A DNA stretch of 64,000 nt from Terriglobia bacterium (GTDB lineage: Bacteria > Acidobacteriota > Polarisedimenticolia > Polarisedimenticolales > JAIQFR01). The stretch lies in the NCBI GenBank assembly GCA_963748015.1, contig CAVVHE010000004.1, positions 608,001-672,000 of the forward strand, written 5' to 3'. The notes under the pieces were generated by a model that was given only the letters and a program-made list of their open reading frames with translations, did no database searches and was not told the origin of the DNA. How positions within the stretch are numbered: the first letter of the stretch is position 1; each line of letters opens with the position of its first letter. The position numbers and the translations under genes are program-made. This document shows positions 45,662-55,526 of this stretch, in pieces.

Positions 45662-48064
45662 TTGGCACGGCCTCTCGACCTCGACCAGGAATCCCGGAAG
45701 GCGCTCGAGTTCGACGCCGTGCTCGAGGCCGTCGCGTCCCACTCGGCGACGGCCGCCGGGCGTGCGCGGATTCTCGCCCTTTCGCCCCGCTTCGACGCCG
45801 ACGGGCTCGAGCGGGAGCACGGGGCCGTGGCGGAGGCCGCCCGTCACCTCGGCGAGCACGGGCGCCTGGTGCAGGGGGGGCTGCCCGATCCCTCGACCGC
45901 CTTGCGGGGGATCGCGGTGGAGGGGCTGAAGATCACCGCGGCGGCCCTGCGCGACCTCGCGGTCGTGCTGGTGGCGTCGGGGGAACTCCGGACCTCGCTG
46001 CTCCGCCTCTCGGCGGGCGACTACCCCCGGCTCCGTGAGGTCGGGACGGCGCTCCCGGATCTGCGCGGCGCCGCGAACGACGTCGTGGGCAACGTGGATT
46101 CCGACGGCCGGATCTCCGACGACGCGAGCGCCGAGCTGAGGCGCATTCGGGTCGCCACCGCGCGCGTCGGCGAGCGGCTTCGCCGGCTGCTCGAGTCGTA
46201 CCTGCACGAGCCCGGCGCCGAGACGGTGATTCGCGACGACTTCATCACGCAGAGGAACGGGCGTTACGTGATCCCCGTGAGGTCCGACGCGCCGCGCGCG
46301 GTGCGGGGGATCGTCCATGCGGCGTCGTCATCCGGCGCCACGCTCTTCGTCGAGCCGATGGAGTCCGTGGATCTCAACAACGACCTGGTGCGCCTCGCCG
46401 AGGACGAGGCGGCCGAGCAGGACCGGGTCGTCGAGAGATGGACCCGGCGCTTCCGCGAGCGGCACGGGGAGGTCCTCGCGGCCGTCCGTGGGCTGACGGA
46501 AGCCGACACGCTGCAGTGCCGCGCGCTCTTCGCCTCGGCCGCCGGGGCGTGCGCGCCGAGGATCGGACCCGGGGCGCCCCTCAAGCTCGTGGACGCCCGC
46601 CACCCGCTGCTCGACCGGCGTCTCCGCCAGCAGGGTGCCCGGTGCGTGCCGATCGGCATCGAGCTCTCTCCCCCCGACCAGGTGCTCGTCCTTTCGGGGC
46701 CGAACGCCGGGGGAAAGACCGTCGCGCTCAAGACCCTCGGACTCGCCGTCCTCATGGCCCATTCGGGTCTGCCGGTCGCGGCACGCGAGGCCAGTCTGCC
46801 TCTCCTGAGGCAGGTGCGCGCGGACATCGGAGACCACCAGTCCATCGACGCGGACCTGTCCACGTTCTCGGCGCACGTCCGCGCGGTGGCGCGCTTCATC
46901 GAGACCCTCGAGTCTCCCGCGCTCCTCCTCTTCGACGAGATCGGCACGGGCACCGAGCCGACGGAGGGGGCGGCTCTCGCTCAGGCGGTGCTCGAGCGGT
47001 TCCTCTCCCCGGGGGTCACCGCGGTCGCGACCACGCACCAGGGGGTCCTCAAGGCCTGGGCCTTCACGACGGAGGGCGCGTCGAGCGCGGCGATGGAGTT
47101 CGACGAGGAGACGCTCCGGCCGACGTTCCGGATCCTGATGGGGGCCGCGGGGGTTTCGGCGGGGGTGGACATCGCGGGGCGCCTCGGGCTCCCGGCGGCG
47201 GTGGTCGAGAGGGCCCGGTCGCTGATCGCCCCCGGCGGCCGGCAAGCCGAGGCGTTCCTGTCGCGCCTTCGGGACCTCGTGGGAGAGCTCGAGGAGCGGC
47301 GCGCGAGCTTGGTGGAAGAGCAGGAGCGGCTCGCCGAGGAGCACCGCCGGCTCGCCTCTCGCGCGGCATCGGACGCCGAGCGGCGGCGGCGCGAGGCGGA
47401 AGAAGCGCTCGAGGAGGCCCTTCGCGAGTTCCGCGAGCAGGGGAAGCGCGAGATCGAGGCCCTACGCGACAAGCGCGAGCGGGCCCGCCTCGAGAAGGAG
47501 CAGGTCAAGGCCGAGACGCGCCTCCGCGCGGACGTTCGTCACCGGGCGAGCCGCTTGACGCCCGCCGCGGAAGTCCGGCCGGAGTCCTCGCAGCCGTTCG
47601 AGCCGCGCGCCGGCGTTCGGGTCCGCGTCCTGTCGCTCGACCGGGAAGGGGAGATCGCCTCGGTGCGGGGGGACAAGGTCGAGGTGCGCATGGGGACGAT
47701 CGGCGTCACCGTGCGGAAGAACGATCTCGCGGCGGCGGGACCGCCGCCGCCCGAGCCTTCGCCCTCGCGTTTCCCGCGCCCCGCCGTAGGCGCAGCACCC
47801 GGTCCGGGACTCACCGACGACGTGCCGGCGGAGCTGGTGATCATCGGCAAGACCGTGGAGGAGGCGACGCCGGAGGTCGACCGCTTCCTCGACCAGGCCT
47901 CGCTCGCGGGCAAGTCCGAGGTCCGCATCGTGCACGGCCACGGCACCGGCCGCCTCCGCGCTGCCGTGCGGCAGTTCCTCCGCGGCCACCCCCACGTCGA
48001 GAGCCACCGTCCCGGCGAGCCCCGCGAAGGCGGGGACGGAGCCACCGTCGTCCGCATTCGCTAG
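45662..48064 (+). CDS. mutS2: MutS2 endonuclease/ATPase with an Smr domain
   Basis: LEFD N-terminus, SSSGATLFVEP, GPNAGGKT, LSTFS, DEIGTGTEP; C-terminal IVHGHGTG..GGDGAT. Confidence 0.95.
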   Translation: MARPLDLDQESRKALEFDAVLEAVASHSATAAGRARILALSPRFDADGLEREHGAVAEAARHLGEHGRLVQGGLPDPSTALRGIAVEGLKITAAALRDLAVVLVASGELRTSLLRLSAGDYPRLREVGTALPDLRGAANDVVGNVDSDGRISDDASAELRRIRVATARVGERLRRLLESYLHEPGAETVIRDDFITQRNGRYVIPVRSDAPRAVRGIVHAASSSGATLFVEPMESVDLNNDLVRLAEDEAAEQDRVVERWTRRFRERHGEVLAAVRGLTEADTLQCRALFASAAGACAPRIGPGAPLKLVDARHPLLDRRLRQQGARCVPIGIELSPPDQVLVLSGPNAGGKTVALKTLGLAVLMAHSGLPVAAREASLPLLRQVRADIGDHQSIDADLSTFSAHVRAVARFIETLESPALLLFDEIGTGTEPTEGAALAQAVLERFLSPGVTAVATTHQGVLKAWAFTTEGASSAAMEFDEETLRPTFRILMGAAGVSAGVDIAGRLGLPAAVVERARSLIAPGGRQAEAFLSRLRDLVGELEERRASLVEEQERLAEEHRRLASRAASDAERRRREAEEALEEALREFREQGKREIEALRDKRERARLEKEQVKAETRLRADVRHRASRLTPAAEVRPESSQPFEPRAGVRVRVLSLDREGEIASVRGDKVEVRMGTIGVTVRKNDLAAAGPPPPEPSPSRFPRPAVGAAPGPGLTDDVPAELVIIGKTVEEATPEVDRFLDQASLAGKSEVRIVHGHGTGRLRAAVRQFLRGHPHVESHRPGEPREGGDGATVVRIR

Positions 48065-48072
48065 CCCGCCAC

Positions 48073-48355
48073 CGGCTGCTTCGTCCCGGGGGAGGCGTGC
48101 CCTCGCCAGCCCGAGAAAGGGCTGTCTCCGGACACGTCCCGCCCCGGAGCGAAACAACCTCCACGCCTGTGGCCCAGCGCGGGACCCGAGCCCGGAAGCG
48201 TTCCTCGCCGGCCCGGAAAAGGGCCGTGTGGGGTCGCTCCTTTCTGGGGACGAAGCAGCCTCCACGCTCGTGGCCCAGCGCGGGACCCGAGACCGGAAGC
48301 GTTCCTCGCCGGCCCGAAAAAGGGCCGTCTGCGGACGCTTCCGGTCTCGGGTCCC
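48073..48355. repeat. Tandem array of three ~101-nt palindromic units related to the 2250-2340 element
   Basis: Core CCTCGCCRGCCCG(R5)GGGCYGT at 48101, 48203 and 48304; 21-bp perfect IR 48282-48302/48335-48355; 14-bp IR 48074-48087/48247-48260. Confidence 0.85.
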
Positions 48356-48411
48356 TTTCAGTCGTTGGCCAGCGAAGAGGAGCGGACTCGCCGCGGACGC
48401 GAACGCTGGAG

Positions 48412-48855
48412 TCAGCGCTCGCCGCGGTCGTCGTCGGCGCCGAAGATCCTGAGCCACTCGGTGATGTCGGTGGGCTTGTCGGGTTTCTCGGAGGAGGAGA
48501 CGCTCGTGAGCTGGGAGCGGAAGGCGTCGCAGCGCTCGACGGTGGCGTCGAGGTAGCGGCACTGGTCGGCGAGGGAGCGGTCGTTGGTCACGACGGTCCA
48601 GCCGCGAGGGTCGTCTTCGCCCCGGAGGAGGTCGAGGATGACGTCGTCGGCGCGCCGGCCCTGGCCCGAGAAGAGAACGTCCTGGCCGAGATGGAGGCCC
48701 GGCGGCGCAACACCGTCGAAGACGACGACGATGCGGCGGCGGCGCGCGCGGGCGAGAGCGGCGATCTCGCGGGCGAGGGTGCGCCGCTCGCTGTCGGAGC
48801 GGGAGCGTTCCGGCCAGGAGCCGAGGAGATTGTCGCCGTCGACCACCCGCGGCAT
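48412..48855 (-). CDS. NYN/YacP-like PIN-fold ribonuclease
   Basis: VVDGDNL..VVFDG..ADDVI..VVTNDRSL acidic motifs. Confidence 0.85.
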   Translation of the reverse strand: MPRVVDGDNLLGSWPERSRSDSERRTLAREIAALARARRRRIVVVFDGVAPPGLHLGQDVLFSGQGRRADDVILDLLRGEDDPRGWTVVTNDRSLADQCRYLDATVERCDAFRSQLTSVSSSEKPDKPTDITEWLRIFGADDDRGER

Positions 48856-48873
48856 GGGGCGTCTCCGGCCGGG

Positions 48874-50343
48874 TCAGCCTTTGAGGATCGCGCGGAGGGG
48901 GCCGCCCGGCATCGCCTCCTCCGCGGTGACGCCGATCGATGCGAGCAAGGCGGAGGCGTCGGCATGCGTGGGCTCCCAGCGGAGCACCTCGCGGAACATC
49001 CGCGCCGCGTCGGCCTTGCGGCCCGCGCGCTGATAGAGCTGGCCGAGTCCGTAGTAGGCCTTCGCCATGGACGGGTTGATCTCGGCGGCGGCGATGAGAT
49101 GGCGCTCGGCGTCCTCGCGGCGGCGCGGGCTGCGCACGAGCAGGAGGCCGAGCTCCAGGCGGTACTCGGCGACGCCCGGCTCCGCGCGCGCGGCGTTCTC
49201 GAGAAAGACGACCGCTTCGGCGAGGCGCTTGCGCTCCGCGAGCTGGCGGCCGCGTAGGAAGTTCTGGCGCGCGATGTGGGCGGAGTCGGCGGGACGGCCG
49301 GTCTCGGCCTGCGAGGCGGCAGTGGCCTGCGAATCGTACGCGGCGCGCAGCTCGGGGTTGTAGAGCGTGTTGTAGGCCTCGGTGACCAAGGCGAAGAAGG
49401 TCTCGACGCGCTCGCGGAGGTTCTCGAGGTGGCCGGACCGGAAGCGGTCCGGATGGTAGCGCCGGGCGAGCGCGTAATAGGCGTCGCGTACCCGCATCCG
49501 CGAAGCGCCCCGCTCGATGCCGAGGGTCCGGTAGTGGTCGGACTCGCTCGCGAGGGCGAGGCGCGCCTCGACCTCTTCGCGGGTCAGCTCGGACTCGACT
49601 CCCTTCTCGACGCGCGCTCCTGCCTCCGCGCGCTCGTCCGCGGGCCGCAGGATACCCGCGAGCAGCAGCCCGTAGATCGCCCGCAGCGCCGGCTCCTCTC
49701 CCTGCGGACAGGACTTCGCGATCCTGCCGGCGGTCGCGGTGCCATCGGCGCGATCCAGGACGTATCGTCTCGCCGCGTCCGGCTCGAGCGCGGCCGCGGC
49801 GGCGGCCATCTCCGGGGATGCGACGGGTCGGAGGTCGGGCGGACCGATCCGGACCCGCAGTGCATCGAGCGCGGCCGGGTACCTCCGGGCGTGCGACAGG
49901 ATCAGGGGAATCGGCGCGAGTCGGACCGTGATCTCCCCGTCGAGAGCGGGATGGCCGCTGTCGAAAGTGGCCGTGCCGTCCGGCCACTCGAGGCAGGACG
50001 ATAGAAGGGCTTCGACGTGACGCTCCATCGCGCCCCGCAGATCCTCAGCCCGGACCACCCGGCCTTCCTCGAGAACGGCACCGAATTTCGCCTTCCTCCT
50101 GGCCGCCTCCGCAACGATATCGGCGCGGGCCGCGGGAGCGAGAAGGCCGAGCTGCACCAGCACCTCGGGGAATTGTTCCTCGAGCAGGTTGGACGCGGCG
50201 AACGCGAGAAGGCCGCGGTCCAGACAGAACAGGCGCCTCAAGCGTCCGCGGCACGCCGCGAGGATCCCCGATGCGCCCTCGACCTGACCCGCCGCCAGGG
50301 TCTGGGCGATCCGCATTTCGCGGGGGGCGGCGACGCCCTTCAA
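48874..50343 (-). CDS. DUF4388-like + J-domain + TPR co-chaperone-like protein
   Basis: DHYRTLG..AYYALARRYHPD..EAYNTL J-domain; C-terminal TPRs; N-terminal SGIL..W.DGTATF pattern. Confidence 0.8.
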   Translation of the reverse strand: MKGVAAPREMRIAQTLAAGQVEGASGILAACRGRLRRLFCLDRGLLAFAASNLLEEQFPEVLVQLGLLAPAARADIVAEAARRKAKFGAVLEEGRVVRAEDLRGAMERHVEALLSSCLEWPDGTATFDSGHPALDGEITVRLAPIPLILSHARRYPAALDALRVRIGPPDLRPVASPEMAAAAAALEPDAARRYVLDRADGTATAGRIAKSCPQGEEPALRAIYGLLLAGILRPADERAEAGARVEKGVESELTREEVEARLALASESDHYRTLGIERGASRMRVRDAYYALARRYHPDRFRSGHLENLRERVETFFALVTEAYNTLYNPELRAAYDSQATAASQAETGRPADSAHIARQNFLRGRQLAERKRLAEAVVFLENAARAEPGVAEYRLELGLLLVRSPRRREDAERHLIAAAEINPSMAKAYYGLGQLYQRAGRKADAARMFREVLRWEPTHADASALLASIGVTAEEAMPGGPLRAILKG

Positions 50344-51662
50344 GGCTGTTTCTCTCCGCGGAGCTCCTCCGCCCAGTGCCGGCAGAGCTCGTCGTACCCT
50401 TCGCCGTAGACTTCAAGGAGTGCCGCCTCGACGGACGCGCCTGCTCCCATTCGGTCGAGGAGGCCAACGAGCCCGGAGAGGTCCCTCCGCTCCTCGAGAT
50501 AGAGCGTCAGCGAGAGCGCCGCGGGGTAGGAGAGGCTCCCGGACGACGCCCATCGCGCCGGGTCGATTCCCCGAAGGAGGCCCAGGACGCGCTCCCGGTC
50601 GGCGCGCGAGAAGGGGCGGCCTTCCATCCGCTGCGCGAGCCCTTCCTGCAGCCAGCGCGGACAGGTTCCGCGCGTCTTCGAATGGATGACCGCGTGGGTC
50701 AGCTCGTGGACCAGGACCTGCTGCGCCGACGGATCCAGTTTCTTGATGCCGCCGAGGGGAACGCGGATCTTGCCGTCATAGAGGCCGACAACGTTGTCCG
50801 GCGCCTGCGTCACGTCGCGAAACTGCCGGTTGGGGTAGAGGAGTACGGTGATCGGCTGCTGCGGGGCGTGCCTGAACGTGTCCGACAGGTCCCGGACCCG
50901 CGCTTCGAGGTAGTCCCCCACCTGCCGGGCCAGCTCGGGATCGAGCTCGCCGTCGTGGCGCAGATTGAAGTGCGGGGTGGCGGAGAAATCGTAACCGGCG
51001 CCGGCGTGCTGCTCGCGCTCTCCCCGGAGGATTTTGTCCCGGAGCCGGTCGTTGGGGGCGAGCCGGAACGCTTCGCGCCACTCGCGAAGCGCGTCGTTCA
51101 TCTCTTCCGCCCGGTCCTTGAGATCGCCGAGGATCTCGTGCAGGTCGGGGTCGAGGGGATCGCGCACGAGACCGTCGAGAACGGACGAGAGCGCGGACTC
51201 GTCCCGCCCGAGCCGGATCTCGGCCACGGCGAGTCCCGTGCGGGCCTGGTTGAGCGAGGGGTCCTCGCGCAACGCGTCGGCGAAGCGGGCGGAGGCCGTC
51301 TCGTAGTCCTTCGACTCGAGCGCCCTGGCTCCCTCGCGTGCGAGGCGGCGCGCCTCGACCGCGCTCCGCGCCGTGGTCCACGACGGGCCGGCCGCCGACG
51401 AATCGCCGGCGCCGCGTCCCGGAGGGGTTTTCGCCGGCGCACCGTTCCCCGAACCCGGATCGATGCGCACGACGATGGAGCGGGGCAGGCCGACGGTTCC
51501 CCCCGCGCTCTCGTATCGGAGCGTATCCCCCTCGATCCACCAGCGCTCGGCCACGATGACGCCGCCGCTCGCGAGCACGATCGTGTCGGCTCGCGCCGCC
51601 TGGACGGCGAGGAACACGATCGCGGCGGCCGCGAGCGGGATCGAAGCCAAGCGGGAGCTCAT
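50340..51662 (-). CDS. Secreted TPR + peptidase MA-like (gluzincin) protein
   Basis: Signal peptide; TPRs; VLVHELTH..PRWLQEGLA. Confidence 0.85.
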   Translation of the reverse strand: MSSRLASIPLAAAAIVFLAVQAARADTIVLASGGVIVAERWWIEGDTLRYESAGGTVGLPRSIVVRIDPGSGNGAPAKTPPGRGAGDSSAAGPSWTTARSAVEARRLAREGARALESKDYETASARFADALREDPSLNQARTGLAVAEIRLGRDESALSSVLDGLVRDPLDPDLHEILGDLKDRAEEMNDALREWREAFRLAPNDRLRDKILRGEREQHAGAGYDFSATPHFNLRHDGELDPELARQVGDYLEARVRDLSDTFRHAPQQPITVLLYPNRQFRDVTQAPDNVVGLYDGKIRVPLGGIKKLDPSAQQVLVHELTHAVIHSKTRGTCPRWLQEGLAQRMEGRPFSRADRERVLGLLRGIDPARWASSGSLSYPAALSLTLYLEERRDLSGLVGLLDRMGAGASVEAALLEVYGEGYDELCRHWAEELRGEKQP

Positions 51663-52348
51663 GGCGCGAGATCTTGGACAGCCCTGGCACTCGGGCGCCC
51701 CCCGCCCTGGAGCAGGAACGCCGGGAGGTCGGACGCGGCAGCCGCCTCCTTCGGGGTCCCGTAGAGGCCCCAGCAGACCCGGTAGCAGGTGGGGCCGCGA
51801 TCGGGCAGCGGGAGCAGGAAGAGCCGGTCCGAGCCCCCGGTCTTCTGGAGGATCCGCTTGGTGTTGTCCGGCTTGCAGGTCACGAGCACCTGGGCGGTGA
51901 AGCTCCCGCGGCTGTTCGAGAGCCGGAGGAGATCCCGTTCCGCGCGCAGGCCGAGATCGTCGCCTGCCGGCGGGGGGCCCGCCGGCGAGGGCCGAGGCGC
52001 GCCCGCGGTATCGACGGGGGGACGCGGCGGCGCCGGAGCCGCGCCGGAAGGCGGCGGGAGCGCGGCGGAGGTCGGCGGCACGTCGACGTTCTCGACCTCT
52101 TCGTCGGATGCGGGCGCGGGCTCGGGACGGGCGGCCACGGCGGCCGGCGGCGAAGATCGCGAACCGATCTCCCTCTCGCGCGCGGTGGAGGAGGGGGCGG
52201 TCTTGCCGGCTCGCAGCAGTCCACCGGCCGCCAGGATCGCGAGCACGGCGGCGAGGAGGATCCCGGTCGAAACCATCTGCCTCCAGTCGCCCCGCGTTCG
52301 AGGCGCCGGCTCGTCCCCTCCGTCCTGGGATCCCCTGTCTTCGTCCAT
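51659..52348 (-). CDS. Membrane-anchored protein with a Pro/Ala linker and a SPOR-like C-terminus
   Basis: Single TM, low-complexity linker, FTAQVL..YRVCWGLYGTPKEA. Confidence 0.55.
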   Translation of the reverse strand: MDEDRGSQDGGDEPAPRTRGDWRQMVSTGILLAAVLAILAAGGLLRAGKTAPSSTAREREIGSRSSPPAAVAARPEPAPASDEEVENVDVPPTSAALPPPSGAAPAPPRPPVDTAGAPRPSPAGPPPAGDDLGLRAERDLLRLSNSRGSFTAQVLVTCKPDNTKRILQKTGGSDRLFLLPLPDRGPTCYRVCWGLYGTPKEAAAASDLPAFLLQGGGRPSARAVQDLAP

Positions 52349-52479
52349 GACGTTTCCGCTCTCCGCCCCGCTCTCAGAATATAGTCCGCTCGCTTGCCGG
52401 TCGCATTGTAGCCGCACCCCGGCCCCGCCCGGATCCGCGTGCTACAATTCCGCGCCGTTTTGGCCACCCGGAGGTGCCG

Positions 52480-54093
52480 ATGCGTCGCAGCGGGTCGCAC
52501 CCGGCCGAGTTCGTGGTGGTGGGAAGCGGCGTGGCCGGCCTGAGGGCGGCCATCGGCCTCGCGGAAGCCTGGCACAGCGTCCTGCTGCTGACCAAGGACG
52601 CCCCGACCGATTCCAACACCGATCGCGCGCAGGGAGGTGTCGCCGTCGTCCTCTCCGACGAGGACGAGGTCGGTCTCCACTTCGAGGACACGCTGCGCGC
52701 GGGAGCCGGGCTGTCGGAAGTCGAGGCCGCCCGGACGCTCGTGGAGGACGGCGCGCGCGCGATCATCGAACTGATGGAGTGGGGGGCGGATTTCGACCGG
52801 AAGGGGATCCACTTCGCCTTCGCGCGGGAGGCCGCCCACAGCGCGCGGCGCGTGCTGCACGCAGGAGGAGACGCGACGGGGCGGGAGATCGTCCGCGCGC
52901 TCCTCGTGAAGGCCTCCACCTTTCCCAACCTGCGCATCGCCTCGCGCTGCACCGCGCAGGATCTCTGGGTCGAGGCAGGCGTCTGCCGCGGCGTGCACTA
53001 CCTGGACGAGTGGGCGGGGGAGACGCGGTCGGCTCCCGCGGCCGGAGTCCTCCTCGCCACCGGCGGCGCCGGCTGCGTCTACCTCCACAACACGAACCCC
53101 CCCCAGGCGACCGGCGACGGGATCGCCATGGCCTGGCTGGCGGGGGCCGAGCTGATGGACATGGAGTTCGTGCAGTTCCATCCGACCGCGCTCGCGGTGC
53201 CCGGCGAGCCGCGGTGGCTCCTCACGGAGGCGCTCCGCGGCGAGGGTGGCGTGCTGCGCACCGTGGAGGGGCGGCGTTTCATGCCCGACTACCACGCGGG
53301 CGCCGAGCTCGCCCCTCGCGACGTGGTGAGCCGGAGCATCGTCCGGGAAATGGCGCGCACCGGCGACGACTACGTCCTCCTCGACCTCCGCGCCCTCGAC
53401 GCGCCGTTCCTGCGAAAGCGCTTTCCCGGCATCGACGCGCTATGCACGCGATGCGGTTTCGATTTCACCCGCGAGCCGATCCCGGTCGTGCCGGCCGCCC
53501 ATTACTTCATGGGCGGCATCAGGACCGACCTCTCCGGTCGGACGAGCCTCGGCGGCCTCTACGCGGCCGGGGAGACCGCCTGCACGGGAGTGCACGGAGC
53601 GAATCGCCTGGCGAGCAACTCGCTGCTCGAGGGGCTCGTCTTCGGCGCGAGGGTCTCGACGGCGATGGGCGTGGACGTGAACGGCGACGCGGGCGAGCCT
53701 TCGGCGGTCCGGGAGCAGGGCGGGTTCTTCCCCCAAGACGCCGCCGTCGAGATCGCGCACCGGATCCGCCACGAGGCCTGGGACCGGCTCGGCGTCATCC
53801 GCGACGGCGAGGGGATCGAGGCCGCGAGGGGAGCGTTAGACGCTCTCGGGGAGCAGCGCGTCGCGCGCCGATCGTCGAGGGAGGGAATCGAGGCCAGGAA
53901 CCTGTGGGTCGTCGCCCGGGCGGTGGCGGAGGCCGCGGCGTGGCGCACGGAAAGCCGCGGGGCGCACTTCAGGACGGACCATCCGGCTACCGACGACAGG
54001 CACTTCCGCGTGCACTCGGTCCAACGACTCGGCCGCTCCCCGGAGGCGGTGCCCGTGGGACGGGGCCCGCTCGGGATCACCGAATCAAAGTAA
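52480..54093 (+). CDS. nadB: L-aspartate oxidase
   Basis: GSGVAG, AQGGV, EAAHS, QFHPT, TEALRGEG, ELAPRD, AHYFMGG, HGANRLASNSLLEG, ESRGAH. Confidence 0.95.
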   Translation: MRRSGSHPAEFVVVGSGVAGLRAAIGLAEAWHSVLLLTKDAPTDSNTDRAQGGVAVVLSDEDEVGLHFEDTLRAGAGLSEVEAARTLVEDGARAIIELMEWGADFDRKGIHFAFAREAAHSARRVLHAGGDATGREIVRALLVKASTFPNLRIASRCTAQDLWVEAGVCRGVHYLDEWAGETRSAPAAGVLLATGGAGCVYLHNTNPPQATGDGIAMAWLAGAELMDMEFVQFHPTALAVPGEPRWLLTEALRGEGGVLRTVEGRRFMPDYHAGAELAPRDVVSRSIVREMARTGDDYVLLDLRALDAPFLRKRFPGIDALCTRCGFDFTREPIPVVPAAHYFMGGIRTDLSGRTSLGGLYAAGETACTGVHGANRLASNSLLEGLVFGARVSTAMGVDVNGDAGEPSAVREQGGFFPQDAAVEIAHRIRHEAWDRLGVIRDGEGIEAARGALDALGEQRVARRSSREGIEARNLWVVARAVAEAAAWRTESRGAHFRTDHPATDDRHFRVHSVQRLGRSPEAVPVGRGPLGITESK

Positions 54094-54787
54094 AGCAGCG
54101 GCTCCAGCGGGAGCGGGTGAAGAAGTGGAGCGCCTTGCTCGCGATGGACTTCGCGCTTTCCACGACCCCGCGCGGGTTCGCCTCGACGGAGTCCTCCTGG
54201 TAGGACCACCAGATGAGGAGGGCCCGCCCCTTGACGAGCGACTTGGGGACGAAGCCCCAGACGCGGCTGTCGGCGGACATGTTGCGATGGTCTCCCATGG
54301 CGAAGTAGTTTTCCAGGGGCACCCGCGTCGGCCCGTACGACTCGCCGCGTCGGTAGGAAGCATCCACGTAAGGCTCGTTGATGAGAGCGCCGTTCACGTA
54401 GAGGTAGCCGTCGCGGACCTCGATCGTGTCGCCGGGGAGGCCGACGATCCGCTTGATGTAGTCGGTCTCCGGCTCGGCGGGGAACTTGAAGACGACGACG
54501 TCGCCGCGGCGGATGTCCCGCACCGGGAGGAGCTTGTTCTCCCACTCGAACAAGGCCGGCGAGTACATGAAGCGGTTCACCATGATGTAGTCGCCGACAA
54601 GGAGCGTGTCCATCATGGACCCGCTGGGGATCTTCGACTGCTGGAAGACGAACGCCCGCGAGAAGATCACGAAGATCACGCAGACGATGATCGTCTCGAT
54701 GTAGTCCCGGAGGATCCCCTTCGGCTGCGGCTCGCCGATCGCGACCTCTCGCCCGTCCGCATATCCCGTGCGCCCGCCCAAGCTCAC
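54077..54787 (-). CDS. lepB: Signal peptidase I
   Basis: IPSGSMMDTL (Ser), DYIKRIVGLPGD (Lys), GDHRNMSADSR; GTGA overlap with the upstream gene. Confidence 0.95.
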   Translation of the reverse strand: MSLGGRTGYADGREVAIGEPQPKGILRDYIETIIVCVIFVIFSRAFVFQQSKIPSGSMMDTLLVGDYIMVNRFMYSPALFEWENKLLPVRDIRRGDVVVFKFPAEPETDYIKRIVGLPGDTIEVRDGYLYVNGALINEPYVDASYRRGESYGPTRVPLENYFAMGDHRNMSADSRVWGFVPKSLVKGRALLIWWSYQEDSVEANPRGVVESAKSIASKALHFFTRSRWSRCFTLIR

Positions 54788-55326
54788 ACCTCCAAGCCGC
54801 GATCGAGGAACTCCCGGACCGCGCCCAGCGCCTCCTCCGGAGTGTCCACCACGCGGGTGACGTCGAACTGCTCCGACTCGATCATCCCGGCCCGGACGAG
54901 ATGCCTCAGGAGCGGCCTCCAAGCGTCCCCCAACAGTACCACGGGGCGGCGGTCGAGGCTTCCGGCGCGATGGAGGGCCCAAAGCAGGGCGAGCTCCGCG
55001 AGGGTGCCGGACTTCCCCTCGAGCACGACGTAACCGTCGGCCGCCTCGATCAGCGTCCGGGTCCGCGTGAACAGCTCGGGGGTGTCCACGACCTCCCCGA
55101 GATAGGGATTCGGGGCGCGCTCGCGGAAGATCCCGCAAACGACGCCGAGCGGCGACCCTCCGGCCTCCGCCGCGCCGCGGCTCGCCCCCTCCATGACCCC
55201 GCCGTATCCGCCCGTGACGACCCGGAAACCCGCCCCGGCGAGCAGCCGCCCGACCGCGCGCGCCGTCTCGTACAAGAGATCGCCCGGGCGGGGCTCCGAG
55301 GAGCCGAAGACCGCGATGGTCCGCAT
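54784..55326 (-). CDS. LOG/Rossmann-fold nucleotide-binding family protein
   Basis: IAVFGSS, VVTGGYGGVMEG, GKSGTLAEL. Confidence 0.85.
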   Translation of the reverse strand: MRTIAVFGSSEPRPGDLLYETARAVGRLLAGAGFRVVTGGYGGVMEGASRGAAEAGGSPLGVVCGIFRERAPNPYLGEVVDTPELFTRTRTLIEAADGYVVLEGKSGTLAELALLWALHRAGSLDRRPVVLLGDAWRPLLRHLVRAGMIESEQFDVTRVVDTPEEALGAVREFLDRGLEV

Positions 55327-55526
55327 GCCGACCGAGCCGTCCGCCGCCTCCCGCAAGCCGCGACCTCCGCCGATTCGAATCGAGCGCGAGAGGATATCGC
55401 AGCCCGGGCACCTCGTCGACGCGCCGTCCGGGAGCCGCTAGAATGCTTCGACCCGATCGGCGGGCGGACACCGGGCGTTCCGGGAGCGCCGGGCCGCGCG
55501 GGCGGCGAAACCTGTAGGGACGGAAC

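Noticed and set aside
48073..48355. CRISPR array
   Set aside because: Only three ~101-nt units, the inter-core sequences are related to each other rather than unique spacers, and there are no cas genes
54077..54093. Convergent 3' overlap of nadB and lepB (17 nt)
   Set aside because: Short convergent overlaps are common in compact high-GC genomes; no further signal
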